From NCBI GenBank assembly GCA_943704425.1, contig CALSCP010001075.1:1-36645 (forward strand): a DNA stretch of 36,645 bases, given 5' to 3'. Made by a program: the position numbers and the translations under genes. The notes beneath the pieces were generated by a model. That model saw only the letters and a list, made by a program, of their open reading frames with translations. It had not been told where the DNA came from and made no database searches. The DNA is from Ministeria vibrans ATCC 50519. Taxonomy: Eukaryota; Protista; Filasterea. Numbering within the stretch: position 1 is the stretch's first letter; each line of letters begins with the position of its first letter. Below are positions 9,836-21,129 of the stretch, piece by piece.

Positions 9836-11399
9836 CTATGTTTTTTCTCCCTCCTTTCTCTCTATCACTATGTTTCTTTCTCCCTCCTTTTTCTCTCTCT
9901 CATTCCACTCTTCTCTATTTGCAGCTCCACTGTTTTGCAGTCAAAGCAAACCCAGCCAAGGTAGTGGAGGAGTAAGGCACGTGGGGCTTTTGATAACGCA
10001 GCAGGAAACGTGTAGGGTGTGATGAAACTGATGGCAGACGCTGGCTGTGGCTTTGAGTGCGCTTCACCCGGCGAACTGGAACTTTCGTTGCGCGTGGCGT
10101 CACCCGAAGTACCAAAGACACATTGTGTGCTTGATGATGGAAGGACGATAGGCGTTAGTTAACAAGCTGTGTTTTGTCTGATGGTAGAAAATCGTCTATG
10201 ACTCGCCCATCAAGACACGGCGGGAGTTGACCAAGGCACTGGAGCGCGTAAGACACTCTTCTCGATCGTGCTGGGAAGGGAGGGGGGAGTTTGCTCAATA
10301 TTGTTGCTATGATATCTTATATGTCTTATATCTTAGGGTGTGACGGTGAACGTGGACAATTTTCATGAGCTGGAAATGCTACGGGAGGTAACGAATACGG
10401 CGAGAGTTTTCGTTTTTTCGGGGGGGTTTAAATATTTATTTGTTTGCTGAAGATTCGGGGGCAACTGATTGAATCGGGAGTGACTGTATCAAGCAACATT
10501 GGAGTGCGGATCAACCCGCAAGTGGGGAGTGGAAGCATAGCGGCATTTTCAACGGCCACCAAGACAAGCAAGTTTGGCGTGGGACTGAGCGAGTCGCGTG
10601 CGGAGCTCATGCGGCTGTACAAGGAGTGTGCGTGGCTCAATACACTGTTGGTACATGTGGGGTCGCAGGGCGTTGCGGGGGAATTGGCGGCGCAAGGGAT
10701 TGAGGCTGTCGTGGCGTTTGCGGTGCAAGTCAATCGCGCTGTGGGTCACACTCAAATTCACACCATTGACATTGGAGGAGGGTATAAAACTATATTAATT
10801 CATATTGATTGGTCATTACGACTGGACTGTAACTGATGCGTGTGGTGGTTCAGATTGACCGTCAATTTTGCCAGTGAGGAAGACACTCCGTCGCACAGTG
10901 AGTACTGTGCGACCCTCAAGAAACTGATTCCCGATCTCTTTTCCGGTGAGTTTCGCATTGTGACTGAGTTTGGTCGCTCTCTTTCCGCCAAATCGGGCTT
11001 TTTTCTGTCGCGTATTGAGCACACAAAGGTAAACACACAATTATAACTTGTCATCTTTGGCGTGAAAATGTATATCATATTTGTGTGGTGTTGACCTTTT
11101 TTGTTTTTGATTCGTCTATCTCAGTCTCTTGTTAGCTTTCTGACTGTGACTTTCTGCACCTCAATTTCTTATGAGTTTTGCATAGGTTGTGGGATCGCGA
11201 CACGTTGCCTGTCAACACGTCGGAGCGAATCTTGCCATCCGGACGATTTACCATCCGGAGGTCTGGCCATTGCGAGTGAGTGCACTGACTGCCAAAGGGG
11301 AATTGAGGGAGAAGGAGGAGTGTGTGAAGCAAGATGTGTCGGGGCCCTGTTGCTTTGGAGGTGAGAAAGAGAGAACGACGAAGGAGAAAGAACACAGAG

Positions 11400-11434
<35 letters not shown>

Positions 11435-11866
11435 AAAAAAAAAGGGGAGAAAGAACAAATGGAGAGACAAAGACAAGTATGTCCGTGCTCGAGTGTGAAA
11501 TGTTTTTTTTTTTTGAATGTGAAACGTTGATCTCTGTTCCTCCTTTCAGCTGACATCATTGCACACGAACGACCATTGCCACTTCTCAAAGTGGGCGATT
11601 ATATTCTCGTCCACGACGTGGGTGGCTATTATCTCGCTTCCTACAGGTAACGCCTCTTACACTCAATAATATAATACTAATAATAATTATTATTATTATT
11701 AATCGTGTGTCAAACTCTCTTTTGCGTCAGTTTCTACAATGCCATTCCGGCTCCTGCAATGTGGGGATTTACCACTGACAGCCAGACGGGGTCAGTTTTG
11801 TTTGTGTTGCTTCAGCGCAGAGCTTCATTAGACGACGTTGCGCATTTCTACAGCGATGTACAATAG
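9346..11866 (+). CDS. PLP-dependent group IV decarboxylase (diaminopimelate decarboxylase-like), ~12 exons
   Basis: Spliced exons give FAVKANP (PLP lysine), FECASPGEL, YDSPIKT, IGVRINPQ...SKFG, HVGSQ, IDIGGG, TEFGRSL, GPCCF..D, HDVGGY and FYN; stop TAG at 11864-11866. Confidence 0.85.
9680..9900. repeat. (CT)n microsatellite with interspersed CTATCACTATGTTTCTTTCTCCCT units (intronic)
   Basis: Direct inspection; about 42 CT units at 9746-9831. Confidence 0.9.
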
Positions 11867-12190
11867 TAATCTAATGAATAAGACGTATTATTTGTGTTTT
11901 GCTTATTTTGGAGCTGCATTTGAACTCTAACTCCATTCACATACAACTCTATCCTTATGTGTTATTTTTTGTATTACTCCCCTCTCTCCCATCTCCCAGA
12001 CTTCACTTCTCACGGGTTTGACTGAGGTCGTGTGAGTAAGTAAATCCCACCCCCGATCGTCGGGGCGATCGACCGTTGCTCTTTGATCAAAGTTCTAATA
12101 TCAATATTAATTTTTACGTTTGTTTTAACTTTTCACACACACATTTTTCTTTTACTTTTCTGACTCGTATCATTGGTACGTGTATGAACA

Positions 12191-13645
12191 ATGGAATTCT
12201 CGTTCAACATCAACACGCTCCTCCGAGACGAAGTCACGCGCATCGATCGCTCGTCACTGCGACTTGAGACTGACTGCGGTCTCCACCGCCACTTGACGCG
12301 CCGCGCCGCTTCAGCCGTCACACACGCCACGCGAGGTGTCCTGCATGCCTATGAGACCGATCAAAATGCACAGCTTCTTCTCGTATCCATTCTTGCAAGA
12401 TCGTTGTTTTGTCTGTCGCTTAGTGCCAAAGACATATTATTTTCTCTTATACCTTAGATTATAGACACGCTGGGAGAGAACAGCGCCCGAGCCCAAGGAC
12501 TACTATCTCCCGTCACCAACGCCGCGCGCTTAGCCAACTCAGAGCACAGGTGAATGTGGGAACGATAAGTGAGAGGGAAATTCAAAAATTATTAATACAA
12601 TTATGATTGTGTTGTATTGTAGACTGTACATTTTGAAAGATGCACGAAATGCGGGCGGCCAGGGCGCTGTGCTGGGCTTTATGAAGGTTGGCGTCAAGCG
12701 GTTGTACGTCGTCGACAACGAGGAGCAGATGCGCGAAGTGCTGCCGCTCTGTGTGCTCGATTTCTATGTGTCTGAAGCGTGTCAGCGAGCGGGACACGGA
12801 CGGCGCATCTTTGAGCACGTCATGCACCAGGAGAATGTCGTGCACCCTTGCATCCTTGCCTATGACCATCCTTCACCCAAGTACATTGCCTTTCTCAACA
12901 AATACTACGGGCTGCGCGACTACCGCAAGCAAGCGAACAATTATGTTGTCTTTCGTGAGTTTTTTGGTAAGGATAGGTGCTTCTGAAAGAGTGCAATAAT
13001 CCCCTCAATTCAAATTTTGGTGGTATAGAATCAGCTCCTGCGCCTCAATTGACTGGACGCGGTCCTCGTCAACGACTTGCAGCAGCGACCATGGGACAAT
13101 TCGGCGATCCAGGCCATCGTCACGTTGCCATGACAACAGACGAAAGGGAGGAAGCACACGCGACACAGCGCAAGTCAGACGAACATCAAGCAACCGTGCG
13201 CTTTGCGTACGAATCCGTCGCACCACCACACGTCCGCACAATTCTTCCTCCACAGAAACCCAGTGAATTTCAACGGGAACAGCGCACTCTGCATCCAGCG
13301 AGCGCTTATACATACACGACACAGACCGACGAAGCGACCCGCGTCACTCAATCGCGTACACGTCGCAGCACTGAACACAAATGTGAACACACCACGCACT
13401 CCACAAGCGGCGGTCTTGCCCGCACACCCAGTAGCGTGTCCACCCACGTCAACGATAACCCAGCTGCAACAACATATTATGGTGCTCCGTCTTCGTCTTC
13501 AACGCACTATTATCGTGACACGGCGCCTGGTCGTGTCGTCCCGGCACCCCGTTCGACTATGACGCACGCCTCTAGTCATGATCAATCGTACTACATGGGA
13601 ACCAGAACAGCCGATTTAGGTGACACGATTTCTATAGAAGAATGA
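12191..13645 (+). CDS. ATAT1: Alpha-tubulin N-acetyltransferase (MEC-17/ATAT1), multi-exon
   Basis: MEFSFNIN start, SARAQGL, GFMKVGVKRLY, LCVLDFYVSEACQRAGHG, AYDHPSPK, QANNYVVF, followed by a disordered C-terminal exon (~13030-13645). Confidence 0.9.
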
Positions 13646-14007
13646 GACATGAATTAAATATTGTTCTAATGTCTGTGTCGATGAATTTTAGTGCGCGAAC
13701 GAACGCGATTGGGACAGAGCGGCACATTGTCGCAATCACACCTGAGAACTCACTCACATTACATACCCTCTTTCAGTACTACCACTCACTCCTCTACATC
13801 TCACTTGAGACCTTCCACTGCGCACCACTACACTCCCTTCTACTAATACAAACTGTACAAACTATACAAAGCAATTCATATTAATTATTATAATCGTTAA
13901 ATTTAATTCCATCGAGTGAGTTGCGCACCACTGTTTTCACAGTCATCTCAGTAGAGAAATAAACACGCATTTAAACAAAATATGATAGGGTTCATTTCAC
14001 ACACATT

Positions 14008-15808
14008 CTAAATGCTCGTGAGATCAGTCTTAACCGACACCGTCTCATCATCGCTCTCTGTTTCCTTCAACATTTTCGCCAGCTCGTCCTCCATTGGCTG
14101 CAGGCCCTCTTCCTTCAGCGCGACAGAGACCACTTGCGCTGACGTTGACTGAGTTGTCTCAGTGGAGGAAGTCGACTCGGTCGACTCGTCCGTTGCCAGT
14201 GGGATGATCAATGAGTCGAGTTTCGCTTGGATGAGTTCAAACCCACTGGCAGAGGTCCCTGCACGCCCTTCTTCTTCCCTCTCAATACGGCTCTGTGGCT
14301 ATATTAAAAAATAATAATAAGAAAAACAGACGTGCAAAGTGTTAAAGTGTGCGTGAGAGTGAGTGCGTGTGTGTGCGTATTGTATATGGGCAAGTAAGTG
14401 CANNNNNNNNNNNNNNNNNNNNNNNNNNNNNNNNNNNNNNNNNNNNNNNNNNNNNNNNNNNNNNNNNNNNNNNNNNNNNNNNNNNNNNNNNNNNNNATAG
14501 AACAAATACACACAAAAAAGTACGGCGCTCTTTTTTGTTTGGTGTCTTCTTCTTTCTGTCTTACGAGTTGTGAGTTGTATCTCTGATGAGTGTTCCACCA
14601 GAGACGCACGAACGAGAGTGTCTTTGGGTCTGCGGGCGAATCCGCAAAGATGGGCGACACAACGCCACCGGAATCCAATCGATAGTGCCACGGCTTTGTT
14701 TTGCCCAGAAAGTGGATAATTTTGACGGACTGCTGACCGTAGTGCGCATAGGCGGCCGAGTAGGTGTACGCCGCGTTGGCCGTCATGTTGTAGAGGAACG
14801 AGAGACGGTGGTGCGCCGAGGAGACGCGCCATTGCGAGAAGTACTGGTTGAGGAGACCTTGGTCGCCGCCGTCAAACGTGCCGTGCGTCCGTGCGTGTGT
14901 CGTTAGTCCACTGTAGGTCGACTAAAACAAAAATACAAAATATAATAATAATAATTATTATTATTAATAATATCAATAATAATATAAATAATTAGTAGTA
15001 TTATTTTTTGATGTTTTCGCCTTTGTTACCTCCGACGGGACAAAGACAAAGACGCCCGAGTTGAAGCAGTCGGGCCAGCCAATGTCGGGAGCAGCAGAAA
15101 GTTCCGGGTGTGAGAAGAGATCGTCCACATTTTGCACTGCAAAAATAGTCATCGAGTGTCAAATCATCCCGAAAGTGTGTGGTCCCTTGGTTGAATCACG
15201 CCTTACGCACTAATGTGTCTGCGTCGAGAAACACACACTTGGAGAACTCTGTAAGGCGCCATGCAGCCAGCTTGGTCAGGGTCACGCCCAATTCTACAGC
15301 GAGCCACGAGAGAAGAGTCAGCGGGGCGCACACACGCTGCGTGGGGCGGGGGGGGGGAGGAGAGGAGGGGAGAGGAGGGACCTGGCCGGTTGATCAGCGC
15401 CAGATGGTAGCTGTCGTTCGAGTTGAGCTCGTCCACAAGGCGAACATTGTCGTACAGTTCGCGCAGACGGCGTCTGGAGAGAGACGGACGCACAGAGAGT
15501 GAAGAGAAGAGAGAAGAGAGAACAAGTTGTTTTGTCAGTCGAATTTCGTTTTTCTTTTTCGAGTTTCAGGCGCCATGACGCAACGGCGGCGCGCCAGCTT
15601 ACTGCATGAGCGGGGTGACTTCCGAGGTGACAAGGACAGTCAATTTCCGGGTCGTGGTGGACTCCTAAAGCAAAGCGCGAGGCGAGGCGTGATGAGCCCG
15701 TGGGAGGGGGCGCTCGCTGAAGTAATCACGCACCTTCAGCGAAAGCGCCAGAACGAGCGCTCCGTGTCCGTACACATCGTTGGTGACAAGCGTCACGTAT
15801 GATTCCAT
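14008..15808 (-). CDS. GYG: Glycogenin (GT8), multi-exon
   Basis: [64 protein letters not shown]...[13 protein letters not shown], and a C-terminal EEG...FELIQAKLD glycogen-synthase-binding-like motif. An N gap falls in an intron. Confidence 0.9.
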
Positions 15809-16067
15809 TGCAAGTCAACAAGTAGAGACAAAAAGAATTTGGTTTGAGTGGAATCAGTGGATGAGCAAAGGATTTTCAGTGAGTGATCAGCGAATTATTA
15901 GTGTATACACGCCGATCGCACTTGTGTGGCCGTCTGGCCATCGGGATGCTATTTAATCAACTTGTCAGGTGTCTGTCGTCTGAGTTGACTCCATGTGATT
16001 TAGTGCGAAATGTTTCTCTCGACGAAACTCACGACAGCGGATTATTTGATCTCACTTTTTTTTATTC

Positions 16068-17089
16068 ATGGCTGTGGCAACGCAACGACAACTCTTGAGA
16101 CGCGTCTTGGAGGCCCGCGAATCGCACAATTGGTCGGGGGCCGCAAGCGTGCTGGCGACTTTGGAAAGGACGTTACCCGAAGGCTCAAGTGAAGTACATC
16201 GTTCTGTCTCTCTCTCTCTCTCTCTCTCTGACGCTCTCCCTCTCGCTCCAGATTCAATTGGTGCGCGAACAACTGCTAGAATGCAACGAGAACTGCGGCG
16301 ACATGCACGCCGCGCAGCAGGCCGGAAGCCGCTGGCTTCAGGTGTATCTGGAGACGACGTTGGACGAACTGGTCCCTCGCGCGAATCGGCCCGTCGTCGC
16401 TGCAAGTCGCTCGACTGGCGCCGGCTTTGGCAATGGGGTTGCCTACTCTCCATGGAGTGCAGTGAGCGGCCCCCCCGTGGCCCTCGAGCAGGCCAAGCAG
16501 CACCTGCACGCCATGAACATGTTTGTCAAGGTTGCCGTGCTGACGCCAGGCGACGTTGACGTCGCTCTCAAGAGCTACGACCGCGCTTGCATCATCCTTA
16601 GAGCGCTCACAGTACGATGATAAAACCAAAATAATTTCCATGGGGTGTTGTTACTTATCTCTTGGTGTCCAGCTGCGCTGTCGGGACGTGGTCACCTCTC
16701 GCGACTGGCTTCGCGTCTTACTTGGCCGCGCGGCGCTCTCGGCCCAACGCAAAGACTACAACGATGCACTGCGCGACTACAACAAAGCCGAGCGCATCAT
16801 GCACGACGCCAAGCTTGCAGCGGAATTCAACGAAATCGACCGCACCTACATTCTGCGGTACATCTGGCAAGAGCGCGGACTGTTCCACATGCGATTTGCC
16901 CACAACAGCGAAGGAGAGGCTGACCTGGCGCGTGCGGGCATGGCTAGCGCAGCCGCGGAGAGCTTTCCAAACCCGCTGTATGGGTCGCTGGTGCACGGTG
17001 CGCTACCTCAGTCGGTCGTGCCGGTCTCTGCCTGGCCCGTCGAACACGATCCCGAGTTGGCTCGCGAGAAGCTCAATCTTGGGGAGTGA
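16068..17089 (+). CDS. Hypothetical helical/TPR-like protein, 3 exons
   Basis: GT-AG introns at ~16194-16251 and ~16612-16672 join three ORFs in frame; TPR-like segment LGRAALSAQRKDYNDALRDYNKA. Confidence 0.6.
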
Positions 17090-17296
17090 GTGAGTGAGTA
17101 TTGAGTATAGAGTGTTTTTTTCTTCTGTGAGCAGGGCTGTCTGTGTATGGGACACGGCAACGCACACAGAGAAATAAAGCGTCTTACTATTGTATATCTG
17201 TAAAATAATATTAATTTTTTTATTATTAATACTCTGACGTGATTCTGTGTATGTATATACATGAGGTCAAAAGTATTATTATCTGTGTTTCACAGT

Positions 17297-18898
17297 TTAT
17301 ATATTCAACGGGCTACATTTGCAGCACTCCGGCTTGGGGCTACACTCGGGTGAACAGCAGGGAAACCGATCGGGCGAGGAGCCCCTGTCAAATTGAGGTT
17401 GGGCCCAGACCATGGAGTCGAGGTGTGCCTGAGCGGCTCTCGAGAGATCGGCGACAACCGACTTGAATTGAACGCCATTGAGCGGGTACTTCTCGGAGGC
17501 ATCCTCTTGGAGATTGTACAGAAGTGGCGGATCATGCTTGGTGAGCGCGTGGCTTTGCTGGCAGAGTGCATCGCGAGGAATCTGTTCTGGGGTGCCAGCC
17601 CATCCCATAGTATAGAAATGGAGTTTGTGCGTGTGAGAGCGCACCGCCATGAGGACATTGCCACGCCAGTAGAAGAAATGGTCGCGTCCCGACAGCTCAC
17701 TGTAGACATTGTGCGGTTTGCCATGACGATGGTCACGCGCCAGCGAAGCGCTCAGGTCGATCCCGTCAAAGGTGACGTTGGGCGGCAAGGGGACACCGGC
17801 GAGTGCGGAGAAGGTCGGGAAGACGTCAACGAGGGAGCCGACATCCTCAACGACGGTGCCGGGGGATTTGACGACAGGGGCGCCCCATAAAAGAGTAGGC
17901 ACACGCTGGCCACCTTCCCAGGTGGTGCCTTTGCCGCAGCGCAGCAGGCCTGAGGTGCCGCCAAGCTGTTGCCAGTGCAGCGAGGCACCATTGTCGGCGC
18001 TGAAGAGGAAGATGGAGTTGTCGGCGACGTGTGATGCGCGCAGCTGCTCCATGATGCTTCCGGCAGCACGGTCGAGTTCGGCAAGCGAGTCGCCAAAGAG
18101 ACCCCTGCGTGTGGTGTTGATGAGTGACGCACCAGCGAATTGAGGGGCGTGCGTGTGGTGTGAGGCAAAGTAGAGGAAGAATGGCTGAGCGCGTGCGGCG
18201 TGACGTGCAATAAACTCGGTGGCAAAGCCAATGTAGGCTGTGTCCACTTCAAGCATGTCAACGTTGCCCTGGGCCGCAAGGGTGGCGTTGTGGTACAGGG
18301 GGCAGGGGCCGTACGGGCCACCCTGGTGGGCTGACCCGGGCGTGTGGATGTTGGACACACACTCGTTCTGCGTCATGGGCGCCCCAAAGTACTCGTCGAA
18401 GCCATGATGAACAGGGAGGTACTCTTGAACACCGAGGTGCCACTTTCCACAGGCGCCAGTGGCGTATCCGTGAGCGCCGAGCCACTTTGCGAGGGTGATC
18501 TCCGACTGAGGCAGACCGCCAATGCTGAGGGGCGAAAAGACACCGTCTGCTGCGCGTGAGGCGTTGGTGTACACGCCAGCGCGGACGGGAAAGCGACCAG
18601 TCATAAGCGAGGCACGCGAGGGCGAGCACACGGGAGCGGCACTGTACCACTGTAGCATCCTGAGTCCTGTTAGAGTGTTGTTTTGATTGTGATTTAACAA
18701 ACGTTTTGTTGTGTGAGCTGTGCGATCACCTTCGCTGGCCATGCGATCAAGGTGCGGCGTGGACGATGAAGGGTGTCCATAGCAGTTGAGATCGCCGTAG
18801 CCCACGTCGTCGCCGAGGAGCACAACAAAGTTGGGCGGAGGAAAGGACGAAGCAGTCGCACAGAACAGCGCAAAGGAGACGATCCACATCCGCATCAT
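17297..18898 (-). CDS. Arylsulfatase A-like sulfatase, secreted or lysosomal
   Basis: Signal peptide, PNFVVLLGDDVGYGD, CSPSRASLMTGR (formylglycine motif), GKWHLG, FSADNG, GKGTTWEGG and a Cys-rich C-terminus. In-frame 63-nt intron at 18667-18729. Confidence 0.93.
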   Translation of the reverse strand: MMRMWIVSFALFCATASSFPPPNFVVLLGDDVGYGDLNCYGHPSSSTPHLDRMASEGDRTAHTTKRLLNHNQNNTLTGLRMLQWYSAAPVCSPSRASLMTGRFPVRAGVYTNASRAADGVFSPLSIGGLPQSEITLAKWLGAHGYATGACGKWHLGVQEYLPVHHGFDEYFGAPMTQNECVSNIHTPGSAHQGGPYGPCPLYHNATLAAQGNVDMLEVDTAYIGFATEFIARHAARAQPFFLYFASHHTHAPQFAGASLINTTRRGLFGDSLAELDRAAGSIMEQLRASHVADNSIFLFSADNGASLHWQQLGGTSGLLRCGKGTTWEGGQRVPTLLWGAPVVKSPGTVVEDVGSLVDVFPTFSALAGVPLPPNVTFDGIDLSASLARDHRHGKPHNVYSELSGRDHFFYWRGNVLMAVRSHTHKLHFYTMGWAGTPEQIPRDALCQQSHALTKHDPPLLYNLQEDASEKYPLNGVQFKSVVADLSRAAQAHLDSMVWAQPQFDRGSSPDRFPCCSPECSPKPECCKCSPLNI

Positions 18899-19069
18899 GG
18901 AGGGAACATGTACCAGTCAATTATCAAATAAATAAATCAACGGAGATGGAGAATTGAAGATGCGCAGAAGATTGATTAGTGAATAGTGAGTGAGTGAGCA
19001 CTGAGTGAAACAAACAATTTCGCAAATGAACTTGCGAGTGAAATATCAATTTTTCACACAGTTTTCGCC

Positions 19070-20969
19070 ATGTCAGCAAAGATTGCAGGACGTAGCCCCA
19101 AGCCAGTGGATCTCAAGGCAGGCGTTACCTACGAGTGGTGCGCCTGTGGCCATTCGACGGCTCAGCCTTTTGCCAAAGACGGTTGTTGTGAAAAAAACGG
19201 ATTGACAGCGCGCAAGTACACGCCTGAGGCGGACGAGAAGAAGTACTGGTGCATGTGCAAGCAGACAAAGAATGCCGCTGGTTTCTGCGACGGTTCGCAC
19301 GCCAAATTGCCCTCTGAAGGTCAAAATTATATTTTTTATTATTATTATTAGGTTTCTCTTTGTTTATTTTTTTTTCCTTTTCCTTCTGCAGCGCCCACGG
19401 GCGACATTGAGGATCTGGGTGGTGTTGCACAGGTGATTTTAAGTAGCAAGAAGTCGAGTGGCGGCGAGGGCCGGGGCGGGCAGGGGCTGGATGGACCGGC
19501 GACCGCAGCGGAACCGTATACGGCGCAAATCAAGGCGCTTGCGGCACAACCATTGGCATCGCATCATGGCGAGACGGGAGCCATGGGGGTGCCGGGGCCG
19601 ACGCTGCCGCGGTGGGCCGACATCCAGCTGGTGGTGTCGCAGCTGGCAACGCAACCGCTCATGGACGACGCTGCGGTTGGGACTGCGCTGGTGATTGGGC
19701 CGCGCGCGAAAAAGCCGCTGACGCTCAAGATTCCGCTCTTTGTCAGCGACATGTCGTACGGCTCGCTGAGCGAACACGCCAAAGTGGCGCTGGCCAAAGG
19801 CGCCGAGGGGGCAGGCACCGGCATCTGCTCGGGCGAGGGTGGGATGCTGCCGGAGGAGCAGGCTGCCAACTCGCGCTACTTTTACGAGATGGCGTCCGCC
19901 AAGTTTGGCTTTTCTTGGGATAAGGTCAAAAAGTACGACAAAAATTAATCATAACAATATATTTTTTTGTTTTCATTGGTTTTTACGCTCTATAATCAAA
20001 AATTAATATTATACCCAAAATACAATAATAAAATAATTAATAATAATAATAATAATAATAGTGTCGTCTTATTTTTATATTAAAGCTCTCGATTCTCTAT
20101 TATTTATTTTCTTATTTTATTGTTCTTATTCGTATTGTTTTTATTCATTCTGTCTGTTGCACAGGTGCCAGGCATTCCATTTCAAAGGAGGTCAGGGCGC
20201 CAAGACGGGCACGGGTGGCCATCTTCCGGGCAACAAGGTGACGGAGAAGATTGCGGCGGTGCGCGGACTCAAAGTGGGACAGGACGCCATTTCTCCGCCG
20301 ACCTTTACCGACTTTAAGTGTGTGGGCGACTTTAAGAAGTTTGCGGATGAGGTGCGGGAGCACACGGGAGGCATTCCAATTGGGTTTAAGCTGTCGGCAA
20401 ACCACATTGAGGAGGACATCCAGTTTGCGCTTGACGCGAGTGCCGACTATATCATTCTCGACGGACGTGGCGGTGGCACGGGCGCTGCGCCGCTCATCTT
20501 CCGCGACAACATCTCCGTGCCTACCATTCCGGCTCTGGCGCGCGCCCGTCGTTACCTTGACAAGGTGGGGGCCAAGGATGTGACGCTGATCATCACGGGC
20601 GGTCTGCGTGTCCCCGCTGACTTTGTCAAGGCCCTGGCGATGGGCGCCGATGGTGTTGCCGTCTCCAACTCCGCTCTGCAGTCCATTGGCTGTGTCGCTG
20701 CCCGCATGTGCAACACCAACATGTGCCCAGCAGGCATCGCCACGCAGGATCCCTCGCTCTTCTCAAAGTTCAACGTGGACCAGGGTGCCACGCAGCTCAC
20801 CAACTTCTTCAATAACTCGGTGCATCTCATGCAGGTGCTCGCGCGTGCATGCTCCCACTCGCATCTCAGCGAGTTTGCTCGCCGTGACCTCACCACGTGG
20901 AAGCGCGACATGGCCGAGCTCAGCGGTGTGCCCTTCTCGGGGGTGCCCCTATCCTATGCCTACGAATAG
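19070..20969 (+). CDS. CDGSH iron-sulfur domain + FMN-binding glutamate synthase-like protein
   Basis: WCACGHS..QPF and WCMCKQT...FCDGSH, then SDMSYGSLS, SGEGG, GQGAKTGTGGHLPG.KV, DGRGGGTGAAP, and CVAARMCNTNMCPAG (3Fe-4S). Introns at ~19320-19391 and ~19933-20164. Confidence 0.88.
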
Positions 20970-21129
20970 CAAAGGGAAAGAAGTTGATATTATTATAATA
21001 ATAATAATAATAATAATAGAGACTGAAGAAATGAAGAAGAACACTCGTTTCAAAAATTTATTATTTTGTTGCAGAATGACGTGTTCTTCGTATTTTCAAA
21101 TAACAATAAAATAATATTTTAATAGTATA

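Noticed and set aside
9424-10022. SLSLSL-rich ORFs as proteins
   Set aside because: Translation through an intronic CT microsatellite.
12051-12065. GC hairpin CCCCGA-TCG-TCGGGG as a Helitron 3' end
   Set aside because: Only a 6-bp stem, with no downstream CTRR terminus or Rep/helicase evidence.
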